DNA from: Octopus vulgaris
Taxonomy: Eukaryota
Assembly (NCBI GenBank): GCA_951406725.2
Contig: OX597840.1
Coordinates: forward strand, 15,438,001-15,502,000
Direction of reading: 5' to 3'
Length of the DNA: 64,000 bases
Each line of letters starts with the position of its first letter. Position 1 is the first letter of the stretch. Under the pieces are notes generated by a model, which was given only the letters and a program-made list of their open reading frames with translations, searched no databases and was not told the DNA's origin. Made by a program: the position numbers and the translations under genes. This document shows, in pieces, positions 51,725 to 64,000 of this stretch.

Positions 51725-52390
51725 TAGGGAGTATATCCAAACTTACAGGGAAAAATTAGATTTAGGATTAAATCAAATTTCACAGTATAAATATAAATTA
51801 AATTAGAGATAAAACCACTATTAGGCAACTCAAAGAGTGATAGACATAAACCAAAACATAAAAGCAAAAAATAAATATAATTAATATAATATACAATATA
51901 CATATAAAATTTTAAATTTAAATTATTAAAATTTGAAATTTAAAAATTTATATTTATAAATTTTTATGATTTTTATGTTTTTATATTTTTAAATTTTTAA
52001 ATTTTTCATTTATTTTGTAATTTTTTATTTTTTTAAAAACTAACCAAAAAGTATAAAAATGTTAAATATGATATAATAAGTAAAGACACTACGTACGTTT
52101 CATGGCTATTATTCGATTCGAATTACAGTTTAAACTCAAATAAAAATTCAAATTAAAATCATAGTCAATCTTCAGGTTAATGATAAATAGTTAAATAAAT
52201 AAGCAAATAGAGTTAAACAATAATTTTTAAGAAATAAATAAAATAATGATTTTTCTTATAAAAAACATTATTATCAAATTAGAAACTTAAAACATTAGGA
52301 TTATGTCATACAACCCATTTATTATGTGATATATTAATTTATAAGGTTAAAAATTAGATAAAAAAGGTATTTATCTATTAAGATATAATA
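51725..52390 (-). mobile_element. Very AT-rich PLE-like remnant with hammerhead motif at 52086-52178
   Basis: Minus strand: AC-CTGAAGA-TTGACTATGATT...AATAATAGCCAT-GAAA-CGTACG-TA-GT. Stem III is the palindrome ACGTACGT. Abuts (TA)n/(TAA)n. Confidence 0.65.
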
Positions 52391-52812
52391 TGGCTTTAAA
52401 ATATATATCTATATATTCTTTTATTTGTTTCAGTCATTTGACCGTGGTTGTGCTGGAGCACTGCCTTTAGTTGAACAAATCGACCCTAGGACTTATTCTT
52501 TGTAAACCTAATACTTATTCTACTGGTCACTTTTGTCAAACTGCTAAGTTACAGGAATGTAAACACACCAACACCGGTTGTCAAGCGATGATGGGGAAAC
52601 AAACACATACACACAAACATAGCCACACACATATATATATATACAATGGGCTGCTTTCAGTTTCCGCGTACCAAATCCACTCACAAGGTTTTGGTTGACC
52701 TGAGGCTATAATAGAAGACACTTATCCATGGTGCTACGCAGTGGGATTGAACCTGAAATCATGTGGTTGGTAAGTAAGCTACTTACCACACAGCCACTTC
52801 TGCACCTATTTT

Positions 52813-53350
52813 TCTATATATATGTAAAACTGAGAATTTTTATCTGTCTGTCTGTGTGAATGCCTAAAACTTGAGAACTACACAACCAATTTCATTCAAA
52901 TTTACACATGCCTTACTTAGGGTCAATGTAGTGTCACAGGCATAAAAAATGTTTCACTTCTTGCCTAGGGCGAGCCCACAGCAATATCATATCTTCTCCA
53001 CTATTTCAGTATTACGTGTTACAAGTGAAACAAAAACATCTCTCTATGTCAGATGCTTTCATTTTAATACTGAAACTAATAAAGTGAAACTATTATATAA
53101 GAGGGATGAACTATTAGTGGACATCCATTTTGCGAGAAGAAGATCAACTATGGTCTTACCACTAAAAAAGGAATGGTAAGACCATAGTGGATTATCTTCT
53201 AGCATAATGAATGTCCTCTTACAAGTCATCTCTCTTATATGTAATATAATTTGTTCTGAAACTTCAGACTTCTCAATATGCTACACAACTGGTTTTAAAT
53301 TGATATCAATCAAATTAATATTCAATTTTTCACCCTTATTATTTTCAATT
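52813..53350 (+). mobile_element. Helitron-like non-autonomous element fragment
   Basis: TCTATATATATGTAAAACTGAG start, (TGTC)n, TTCATTCAAATTTTACACA core. A similar start occurs at 54372. Confidence 0.5.
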
Positions 53351-53364
53351 TAAATTTACATGTG

Positions 53365-53384
53365 TGTGTATATATATATATATA

Positions 53385-53421
<37 letters not shown>

Positions 53422-53432
53422 ATGTATGTATG

Positions 53433-53495
<63 letters not shown>

Positions 53496-53514
53496 TATAT
53501 ATATATATATATAT

Positions 53515-53552
<38 letters not shown>

Positions 53553-53570
53553 ATGTATATATATATATAT

Positions 53571-53617
<47 letters not shown>

Positions 53618-53629
53618 ATATATATAATG

Positions 53630-53668
<39 letters not shown>

Positions 53669-53890
53669 ATGTATGTATATATATATATATATATATACAT
53701 ATATATGTATATATATAGATGTATATGTATGCATGTATTTCTATAGATATAGATGTATATGTATACATGTATATGTGTAGATGTATATATATATATATAT
53801 ATATATATAGATAGATAGATGTACATGTAATATGTACACATATATACATGCATACATATATATACACATACACACACACCACACACATGT
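53365..53890. repeat. Long interrupted (TA)n microsatellite
   Basis: Direct reading of the sequence. Confidence 0.95.
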
Positions 53891-56329
53891 ATAGGTGCAG
53901 GTGTGACTGTGTGGGTAACAAACTTCATTCCAAAACACATGGTCCTGGGTTCAGTCCCACTGTGTGGTAACTTGGCATATGTCTTCTGCTATAGCCTCAG
54001 ACCAACCAAAGCCTTGTCAGTGGATTTTGTAGACAGAAACTGAAAGAAATCAATCGTATATATATGTACGTATATATGTAAGTCTATGTGTGTGTCTTTG
54101 TGTTTCTCCCTCATCACTGCTTCACAATTGGTGTTCGTTTATTTACAGCCCCATAACTTACTGGTTTTACAAGAAGAAACTGATAGAATAAGTACCAGGC
54201 TTATCAAAATAAAAAAAACACTAGGCAGTGTCTCATATTTTTGTTTGCTCACTCAGTTGTATCTATCAATTTATCTTTGTGTGTGTGTATATATTTATAT
54301 AATACACACACACGTGTGCACACACACACACACACATATATATATGCTTGTATGTATATGTGCACATTCATATCTATTATATTAAAGTCAATGTATTTCT
54401 GTGTTTGTGTTACTTATACATTCGAAAACTGCTGCACCGATCATAATGAAATTTGGAACACAAAATACAAGCCTAGGGAGAAGGGCCATGTTGTGTGTTT
54501 CATACGATTTCATGGGCCAAAATTGCTTAGTGGATCCTTATGATATTTGAAGCTTAGATTCAATGCATAAGGATGGGTATAATGCAATATGTTTGCTTTG
54601 AATTTCAGATGGTTTAAAGGGAGCAGAACCCCCATGAAAATTCATAAATTTTCAATATTGAAATTCCAACCATTGACACACATCAAGAAGTATTCTCAAA
54701 GTTTCCATTTCACATGAGGATTCTAAGACACCCTAATGGGGGCCTTAACTCCCAGATTTTAGTAATTTCTTTTATGATCCAAAACTAGGTCAAAAGTACT
54801 GAATGGATCTTTAGAAAATTTGGAAATTATATTCTATGCATAATGGCCATAGCCCCCATGACAATTCATATATTTTTGCTGTTGATGAAATTTTAACCAT
54901 ACATATTAGATACAAATGAATTAATATTTATAAAATTTCATCTTCTTACAAGTTTGAAAGACCCCTTCATGGGGACTTAACACCCACAATTTAGTCAGTT
55001 TATCTAAGCAAAGACAAATACAGTTGTACTCTCGGAAACTGTAGGGTCACCCGAGCATAAAAGATGAGCAGTGTAAGAGTTTGCTTTGACATACACTTAC
55101 ATTGTGATTTCTGCAATGTACTGCATAAATTGTCAAGTAAATGAGAGGCATCTTTGCTTCCACTGATTCAGTTGCAAAGTGTTGAGTAAAGTTATTTGAT
55201 TGCAGACCTTTCAGTCTTTTTATTATCACTGGGTCACACATAGTCCCCAGATGGTAACATTTCAAGGCCTTCCCAGATGAGTAACTGGTTATTCAAAGAC
55301 ATTTATAGACTGTAAATTTATTTTGTCCAGTTACGTATCAGTATAGTGGTCATTTGCAAACTCCAACTTTCATTTCTCCTTAGTGCTCACGTCACACAGT
55401 TGTTAATGGTTATTTCAGTTGGGTCACGCCCTTCCAATTGCTATAGATTCGTAATGCATCTTACAGCTGTGCCTGTCACCTTGATGGTGAGGAATCCTAT
55501 ATTGGGAGTGGTAACAACATGAGTAGGGTAGCTAACTGCTTATTGTGATCATTCATCATTTGGTTTCCTGTAGCTTTGCTCTCTTTTACAAACCCAGTGA
55601 ACATATATTTCCTATTTCAAAGAAATTCAAACAATAGATATAGGACCCAAGTTAAAAAGATTCTCAACAATTCAACTTCTCTGCTTGACATTAAGACACC
55701 TACCCCCAATAGGAGCCTTAACTCTCACATTTTAGAGCTCCATGACCTCCATTTTTCAGGAGCAAAATCCTTTTAATAGGTTCTCTAAGACTAGAATTTT
55801 GGAATATGCGCATAAAAATCAGTAGTATGGGATACATGTGGCACGATTACAATTTTGTTTGGGTGTGTAAAGAGGGAAATAACCCTCATCTGCAATTTTG
55901 ATGAAATTCGAAACATAGGTATTCCAGTTCATTACAGAAAATATAACAGAAAAGTCTCATTCTTCAATTGCATGTAACAAAGGCAACGCCAGGTAACTCT
56001 GCTAGTTACATGACAATTATGATGATGATGATGATGACTATGACAGTTATGATGATGAAGATGATGATGGTCATGACAATTATGATGATGATGACAATGA
56101 CAACCATGATGATGATGGTGAAGGCAATTATGATGATGAATTTTTGGGGAGGGGCCATTCAATTAGATCGACCTCAGTACGCAACTGGTACTTAATTTAA
56201 CGACCCCCAAAAGGATGAAAGGCAAAGTCGACCTCGGCAGAATTTGAATTCCGAATGTAAAGACAGATGAAATACCACTGAGTATTTCACCCGGCATGCT
56301 AACATTTCTGCCAGCTCACTGCCTTAAGA

Positions 56330-56692
56330 GAGACAAATACTGTCAGCACTTTGATGTAGCCATACCAAATGACATGAATGCTGTGAGTAAAGAGGTTGAA
56401 AAAATCACCAAGTACTCTGGATTGAAAGTGGAAATGACAAGACTATATGGAATACGAGAGGGTAATGTAAAAGTGATATCAGTGGTGATTGGAGCATTGG
56501 GCTCAATCCCATTGAAACTTCAAGACTTCTTAAGGCAACTGGAAATCCCATGCAAGATTGATGCCTAGCAAACAGCAGCCTTATTGGGCACAGTGTACAT
56601 CTTAAGGAAAGTATCATCTGTCTGAGGTCCCTGTTGTAACCTTACAGATGATTAAGACTCTGGTGCATTTTTACCTACACTGTGTTACGAAG

Positions 56693-56725
<33 letters not shown>
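56330..56725 (+). pseudogene. R4/Dong-like non-LTR element 3' remnant with (TAA)n tail
   Basis: Encodes DVAIPNDMN..KEVEKITKYSGLKVEMTRLY..VISVVIGALGSIP..*QTAALLGTVYILRKV (RLE C-terminus), then a short UTR and (AAT)n. Confidence 0.75.
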
Positions 56726-56727
<2 letters not shown>

Positions 56728-57120
56728 TATGTAGATATATATATATGTATTGTTCAAAACAGTTTGATTTGAAGGGACTTGGAAAATTTAAGTAGCATAG
56801 AATCTGACTCAAACTGTTGTGTGTATATATGTGTGTGTACATATATATATATTTATGTGTGTATAAACTTAGCATTTCAGCAAAGGGAGAGCAATTGAAT
56901 ATGTCCTTAGGTTGATTCACACAGCTAAAAGTTCTTGGAAGCAGTGTCCCAGCAAGGCCGCAGACTGAAACAGGGAGAAGATGAAACTAAAAGACACATG
57001 CACACATACATACATAGATATCTTGATATGTATGTGTGTGTGTGTGCGTGTGACTGCGTGTGTACCATTGTCGATTTTTTTTCCTCCGTCTTCCCTTCTT
57101 TGGATCTTTCCTTTTCCTAT

Positions 57121-57155
57121 GTTTCTGACAAAGAGCTCCGCTCGAAACGTTAAAC
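57121..57155 (+). ncRNA. Minimal hammerhead motif (G8A) in insert ~57065-57260 ending at (TA)n
   Basis: GTTT-CTGACAA-A-GAGC TCC GCTC-GAAA-CG-TT-AAAC. Confidence 0.7.
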
Positions 57156-57256
57156 CCTCCTTCGTTTCTTCTTTCCTGGGCCTCCAATAATACTATACTT
57201 GTTCCATGTCCTCGCGTTGTTGTGTTTTCTCTTTGTGTTTTCATGTTTGGATAAAC

Positions 57257-57324
<68 letters not shown>

Positions 57325-57635
57325 CATATATATATATCTATATATATATATACATATATACATACATATATATATATGTATATATATGTATGTATATATA
57401 TATATATATATATATACATACATATATATATATGTATATATATTTATATATATATATATATATATATACATACATATGCGATGGGCTTTTTTCAGTTTCC
57501 GTCTACCAAATCCACTCACAAGGTTTTGGTCGGCCTGACACTATAGTAGGCGACACTTGCCCAAGGTGCCATGCTGTTGGGCTGAACCCAAAGCTACGTG
57601 GTTGGTAAGCAAGCTACTTGCCACACAGCCACTCC

Positions 57636-57679
<44 letters not shown>

Positions 57680-57682
<3 letters not shown>

Positions 57683-59425
57683 TAAATTACATCGATAAAT
57701 TACATCAATATAAAGGAAGACGATGTAATAAAGGCTATAGATGAAATGAAAATAGACTCAGCTATTGGCCCCGATGGATTCCCGGCAATCCTCCTAAAAG
57801 TATGTAAGAGAGTCTTAGCAAGACCACTGCAGTTCCTCTTTCAGAGCTTCCTTGCAGCTGGCAAACTTCCAAGAAAACTGAAGGAAGGTAAAATATGCCC
57901 TATTCATAAAGGAGGTAGCAGAGCGGAGGCCAAGAACTACAGACCTATCTCTCTGACCTCACACATCAGCAAGGTCATGGAACGAATAGTCAGAAGGAAA
58001 CTAATCACCTTCCTTGAAGAAAATGACTTGCTGCCTGACACCCAACATGGTTTCCGACCAGGAAGAAGCTGCTTAACTCAGCTCCTGCAGCACTATGACT
58101 GGGTGCTGAAACAACTGCTCAACCACTCAAATGTGGAAGTCATATATCTCGACTTCGCAAAGGCCTTCGATAAAGTCGATCATGGAATGATATGTCACAA
58201 ACTGCGTGATCTTGGCATAGTTGGAAAACTAGGGGAATGGCTTCACGACTTTCTGAAGAATAGAAGTCAGGTGGTAGTAGCCAATTAGCACGCAAATAGT
58301 GAGCACTTCCATTAGCACGCAAATAGTGAGCGGTGTTCCACAGGGCACTGTTTTGGGACCACTACTGTTCATAATGGCCCTCTCAGACATGCCCTCAGCC
58401 ACGCGGAGAGCCACGATCACAAGTTATGCAGATGATACAAAAGTTTCACAGGCAATACAGAACCCTGAAGACACTAGGCACCTGCAGTATGAGCTGGACG
58501 AAATATACAAGTGGGCTGAAAAGAATAGCATGCAGTTCAATGCTGAAAAGTTTCAAGCTTTATACTATCAGCATGCAAAACTGAATGCAATACCCAAGGA
58601 ATACACTGGACCCGGAGGGATTGCAATCCCAGAGGCAAAATCAGTGCGTGACCTGGGTATTCACATGAGTGATGACGCGACCTTTCATGTACATGTTGCT
58701 AAACTGACAGTGAAATGCAGACGGCTGGCTGGATGGATTCTTAGAACCTTTAGAACAAGAGAACAAGAAACCATGATGGTCCTCTGGAAGACACTTGTCC
58801 TAAGTCACTTTGACTATTGCTCTCAGCTATGGTCACCATCCAGTGTCAAGTTGATCACAGAACTTGAGGCGATCCAACGAAGCTACACGAAGAAGATAGC
58901 CTCTATGCAGAATGTAAGCTACTGGGAAAGACTCAAGAGATTAAAATTATATTCCCTGGAGCGTAGGCGGGAAAGATATGCCATAATATACATCTGGAAG
59001 ATCCTGGAGAGAAGTGTCCTGAACTTTGGCATCGAGACTTACGCAAACGCCAGAACTGGGCGCCACTGCGTGGTGCCTAGGACTCCAAACTTGCCATCAA
59101 GATGTAGGACAAGATTCTGTGATAGCCTGGGCTTCCGAGGTCCACAGCTCTTCAATATCCTCCCGATGAACCTGAGAGACCTGCATGGGGTGGATACAGA
59201 TGTCTTTAAAATGGAGCTGGATCTCTTCCTGTCAGGTGTCCCAGATGAACCAACTTCACGGCAGGAGGGGCAGATGAGGGCAGCTGCATCGAACTCTCTC
59301 ATGCACCAAATAGCAGTTGCTAGAAAGCCTCCATGAAGTGAAACCAAGTAGCAACACCAAATGGCGGTGCCCCAGCATGGCCACAGCTCATAAGCTGAAA
59401 CTGGAATCAATCAATCAATCAATCA
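57680..59425 (+). pseudogene. 5'-truncated CR1/L2-group LINE (RT domain + C-terminus, (TCAA)n tail) inserted in (TA)n
   Basis: Motifs GPDG, NYRPISLTS, QHGFR, YLDFAKAFD, GVPQGTVLGPLLF, YADD, RDLG, SLERRR. A single frameshift at a ~26-bp tandem duplication (58281-58331). Confidence 0.93.
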
Positions 59426-60075
<650 letters not shown>

Positions 60076-61326
60076 ATATGAATAGATAAATGTGTATACA
60101 CACACTTAAGTGTGTGTATGTGTGTGTTAAGTTTGAAAACACACTTAAGATCTTGTGTCCTATACTTGCTCCATTGATCTTTCATCAGCACACATGCACA
60201 CACACGCACACACAATAAACGAGAGATGTGAAGAGGGAAGTTCAGGTAAATGGTTTGGGGAAAGAAATGAGAGGGAAAAGAGAAGAAAAAGATTGCGCAT
60301 TTCTATGTAAATGGCTGATACGAATGTCTTGTGTTCATTCTCATCACTAATGACGGAGTATTATCTCTTGAGCTTAATTAACTAGTAATTAATTAGTGGT
60401 GTAGCCATTATCTTCTTGGATAGATCCTCCAATATAATTAAATTTCTTTAGCTCCTCAATAAGCCAGGCCCGTCTACTTGGCTGCTTGTCTTGCAAGAAA
60501 TAGCAGCCAGGTGTTCATTAAATTATACACTGTGCTGTCGTACTCTTTTACGTGTTTCAGTCATTGGATTGCGGCCATGCTGGGGCACCACTTTGAAGAG
60601 TTTAGTAAGACAGATTGAATTGGTCCCGTTACTTTCTCCTTTTCAGTATGGTTCTAATTTTATCTGTTTCTTTTACCAAACTGCTAAGTTATGTGGATAT
60701 AAACAGACTATCACTGGTTGTCAGGCAGTGAGAGGATACAAACACAATGCAATGGCAAAAACATATGATGGGCTTCCTCACAGTTTCCATCTAACAAGTT
60801 CATTCACAAGGCTTTGGTTAGCCCTGAGTTTTAGTAGAAGACACATGATCAAGTTATATACTTGTAACTTAGTGGTTCATCAAAAGAGACTGATAGAATA
60901 AGTACCAGACTTTAGAATAAAAGCCCTGCAGTTGATTTTTTGATTAAACTCTTAAAGACAGTGCCCCAGCATGGCCACGGTCCAAGTTTTACTGAACCAA
61001 GTTTTACTGGGAGATAAAAAGTATTAATCCAGATTAAAGAATTGGCAGAACTTCTATAAGGTTAAGACAAGAAGTCTTGTAGGATCTATCCCAGTTCTTT
61101 GACTATGGTAACACCAGTGCCAACTTCTGACAACCCCAGTCATGGTATCACACAAACGACACCCATTCCGGTGGCATGTGAAAGCACATATTACAGTCAG
61201 AGTGGTTGGCATTAGGAAAGGCATCCAGCTATAGAAACCATGCCAAATCAGACTGGAGTATGGTGCAGCCTTCCAGCTTGCCATCCCTGGTCAAACCATC
61301 CAATCCATGCCAGTATGGACAACAGA

Positions 61327-61560
61327 GGGCGGCAAACTGGCAGAATTGTTAGCACGCTGGGCAAAATGCTTAGCAGGATTTTGCCTGCCATTAGGTTCTG
61401 AGTTCAAATTCTGCCGAGGTTGACCTTGCCTTTCATCCTTTCAGGGTCGATTAAATAAGTACCAGTTACACACTGGGATCGATGTAATCGACTTAATCTC
61501 TTTGTCTGTCCTTGTTTGTCCCCTCTTTGTTTAGCCCCCTGTGGGCAATGAAGAAATAAG
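61327..61560 (+). mobile_element. SINE family B copy nested in an RTE 3' end
   Basis: Flanked by duplicated gtatggacaacaga (TSD-like). Confidence 0.8.
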
Positions 61561-62121
61561 TATGGACAACAGATAGTGAATGATGATGATGATGTTGATA
61601 AATATTTGCATCAGATAAAAGAGAGAGGCTTGTAAGTATGGGCATCTTCCAGTCTTCTGTAAAAGATGTTGCTCAGGCTATCACACATGTGACACTCTGT
61701 TGGTAACAACAACGAGGGTTCCAGTTGATCTGATCAATGGAACAGCCTGCTCGTGAAATTAACGTGCAAGTGGCTGAGCATTCCACTGACATGTGTACCC
61801 TTAATGTAGTTTTCGGGGGAGATTCAGCATGATACAGTGTATGAAAGGCTGGCTCTTTGAAATACAGGGACAAGAGAACCAGGAAGAAAAAGTGAGAGAA
61901 AGTTGTGGTGAAAGATTACAGCAGGGTTCCACCACCCCCTGCCAGAGCCTTTTGGTGTTTTCACTCAATAAACACTCACAATGCCTGGTCTGGGAATCGA
62001 AACTGCAATCTTATGACCACAAGTCCACTGCCCTAACCACTGGGCCATTGCGCCTCCACTACACACATGTACAGCTACACAGTCATGCTAAGCTAACAGA
62101 AGCCCTCTATACAAGCATGAG

Positions 62122-62342
62122 TATGAGGGGAGTGCTGAAAAGTATCTTGCTTTAAGGGTATCATGAATGGCCTGGTTGGAGGCCCAACCTTCTGAGTCCT
62201 TGCACAGGGTTTTCAAAATCTGAAGGACCACTGCAATAAGTATGTGAATCTAAGAAGGTAATATGTTGAATATAATCATAATTAACTGATGCTGCTGTAT
62301 TTTCTTTTATCCAAAGTCAGGAAGTTTATTAGCACCCTATCA
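62122..62342 (+). mobile_element. mariner-derived MITE (further copies 63105-63320 and 63458-63600)
   Basis: Termini GAGGGG.TGCTGAAAAGT.. / ..AGGAACTTTT.AGCACCC. The internal sequence resembles the mariner C-terminus (CNKYVNLRREYVE). Confidence 0.7.
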
Positions 62343-62348
62343 AATATA

Positions 62349-62391
<43 letters not shown>

Positions 62392-62395
<4 letters not shown>

Positions 62396-62758
62396 CGTTA
62401 TATAATTAGGGTTCAGTAAAATAATTTACTTTACCACACACCGAACTTTTAGAAATAGCAGCCAAAAAATTCTTTTAGCTATTTCTTCTACTATAAGAAA
62501 AGTCTCCCAAACAATGTATACTCAAAAATTATTTTTGAGTATACATTGTCTGGGAGACTTTTCTTATAGTAGAAGAAATAGCTAAACTTTTTGGCTGCTA
62601 TTTCTAAAAGTTCGGTGTGTGGTAAAGTAAATTATTTTACTGAACCCTAATTATATAACGTAATGTTTTAAATATACCGTAAATGGTCTTTTTACATACT
62701 GAACACTACTTGGTAAAATTAATTAATAATTAATTAATTTTACCCTTTTATTATTGAC
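62392..62758 (+). mobile_element. Near-perfect fold-back insert in (TA)n with structured tail
   Basis: Arms 62392-62529 / 62531-62664. Tail 62665-62758 contains a 16-bp hairpin at 62712-62744. Confidence 0.85.
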
Positions 62759-62782
<24 letters not shown>

Positions 62783-62790
<8 letters not shown>

Positions 62791-63084
62791 GATTTGGAGA
62801 TGATGTCCAGGTATTATATATTAGAAGAAATGAGGTACTCAGAAATGTGGATGGTTTTATATTTACAGATATTTATTAGTATGTTACATGTTTTTATATA
62901 TCATATGTCATATATTAGTGCTTTCGTCCACTCTAGTGGAGTTATCCAATTTGAAAACTCCACTAGAGTGGACGAAAGCACTAATATATGACATATGATA
63001 TATAAAAACATGTAACATACTAATAAATATCTGTAAATATAAAACCATCCAGATTTCTGAGTACCTCATTTCTTCTAATATATA
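62783..63084. mobile_element. Near-perfect fold-back insert in (TA)n with a hammerhead-like centre
   Basis: Arms 62815-62943 / 62956-63084 (1 mismatch seen), tail 62783-62814. Centre reads TTGAAAA-CTCCAC TAGA GTGGAC-GAAA-GCAC-TA. Confidence 0.8.
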
Positions 63085-63340
63085 CACAAACACACACACA
63101 CATACATGAGGGATGCTGTAAAGATACTGGCCTTAACGGAGTCACGAAATGCCTGGTTGGAGGCTCAACCTTCCAAGTTCTTGTACTGGGCTTAGAAAAA
63201 CTGAAGGACCGTTGCAATAAGTATGTGGATCTAAGAAGGGAATATGTTGAATAAAAATCATAACTAACTGATCCTCCTGTATTTTCTTTTATCCAAAGCC
63301 AGGAACTTTTAAGCACCCTTTCTGATGCAAATATTTATCA

Positions 63341-63373
<33 letters not shown>

Positions 63374-63609
63374 CAGACACCAACACACACACACACACAC
63401 ACTTACATACATACACAGGTAATCATGTGTATGTGTGTGAGAATATGTGTATGTATATACAAGGGGTTGCTGAGAAGTTCCTGGCTTTAAGGCTATTGCA
63501 AAATTTCTGGTTGGAGGCCCAACCTTCTAAGTTCTTGTACAGGGTTTTAAAAAAAATTAAGGGTCCCTGCAATGAGTGTGTGAATGTGAGAAGGTAATAT
63601 TTTTTCTTT

Positions 63610-64000
63610 TTTCTTTTATTTGTTTCAGTCATTTGACTGTGGCCATGCTGGAGCACCTCCTTTAGTCGAGCAAATCAACCCCAGGACTTATTCTTTGTAA
63701 GCCCAGTACTTATTCTATCGGTCTCTCTTGCCGAACTGCTAAGTGACAGGAACGCAAACACACCAGCATCGGTTGTCAAGCAATATTGGGGGGGGGGACA
63801 AACACAGACACACAAACATATACATACATATATATGTGTGTGTGTTACGACGGGCTTCTTTCAGTTTCCGTCTACCAAATCCACTCACAAGGCTTTGGTC
63901 GGCCCAAGGCTTTAGTAGAAGACTCTTGCTCAAGGTGCCATGCAGTAGGACTGAACCCAGGACTATGTGGTTGATAAGCAAGCTACTTACCACACAGCCA
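63610..64000 (-). mobile_element. SINE family A copy (runs off the window end)
   Basis: Matches family A. Confidence 0.85.

Noticed and set aside
55460-55545. YSCAC..ESYIGS as a GIY-YIG fragment
   Set aside because: Too short, with no supporting downstream R/H/E/N motifs or RT. Probably chance.
62392-62664. Interpretation of the fold-backs as MITE TIRs or pre-miRNAs
   Set aside because: The one-sided tails, variable breakpoints and HHRs in the related inserts fit retro-insertion better. The arms are far longer than pre-miRNA stems.

Overview
AT-rich, repeat-saturated eukaryotic (animal) DNA, most likely intronic or intergenic. The SINE/LINE/microsatellite make-up resembles a cephalopod (Octopus-like) genome; this is inferred from recalled repeat families, not from a search. 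No intact host protein-coding gene is supported, and nearly all listed ORFs are microsatellite or repeat artefacts. Recognisable content includes: a decayed RTE-clade LINE (APE + partial RT), a 5'-truncated CR1/L2-group LINE RT, two R4/Dong-like RLE remnants, many copies of at least three tRNA-derived SINE families, RTE 3' ends, non-autonomous Helitrons, Tc1/mariner remnants and several MITEs. The main hidden signal is a set of roughly 15 short non-coding inserts, mostly in (TA)n microsatellites. These inserts carry one or more of: (i) a long fold-back inverted repeat, (ii) a type I hammerhead-ribozyme (HHR) motif, usually with a palindromic stem III, (iii) a structured 3' tail with a shared, covarying hairpin motif. 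This fits Penelope-like element (PLE) pLTR remnants or non-autonomous ribozyme retroelements. One ~330-nt insert is folded almost throughout and looks retrozyme-like. A SINE family also shares its 3' stem-loop, with compensatory changes, with the CR1/L2 LINE. All structures and coordinates were read by eye, so boundaries are approximate.
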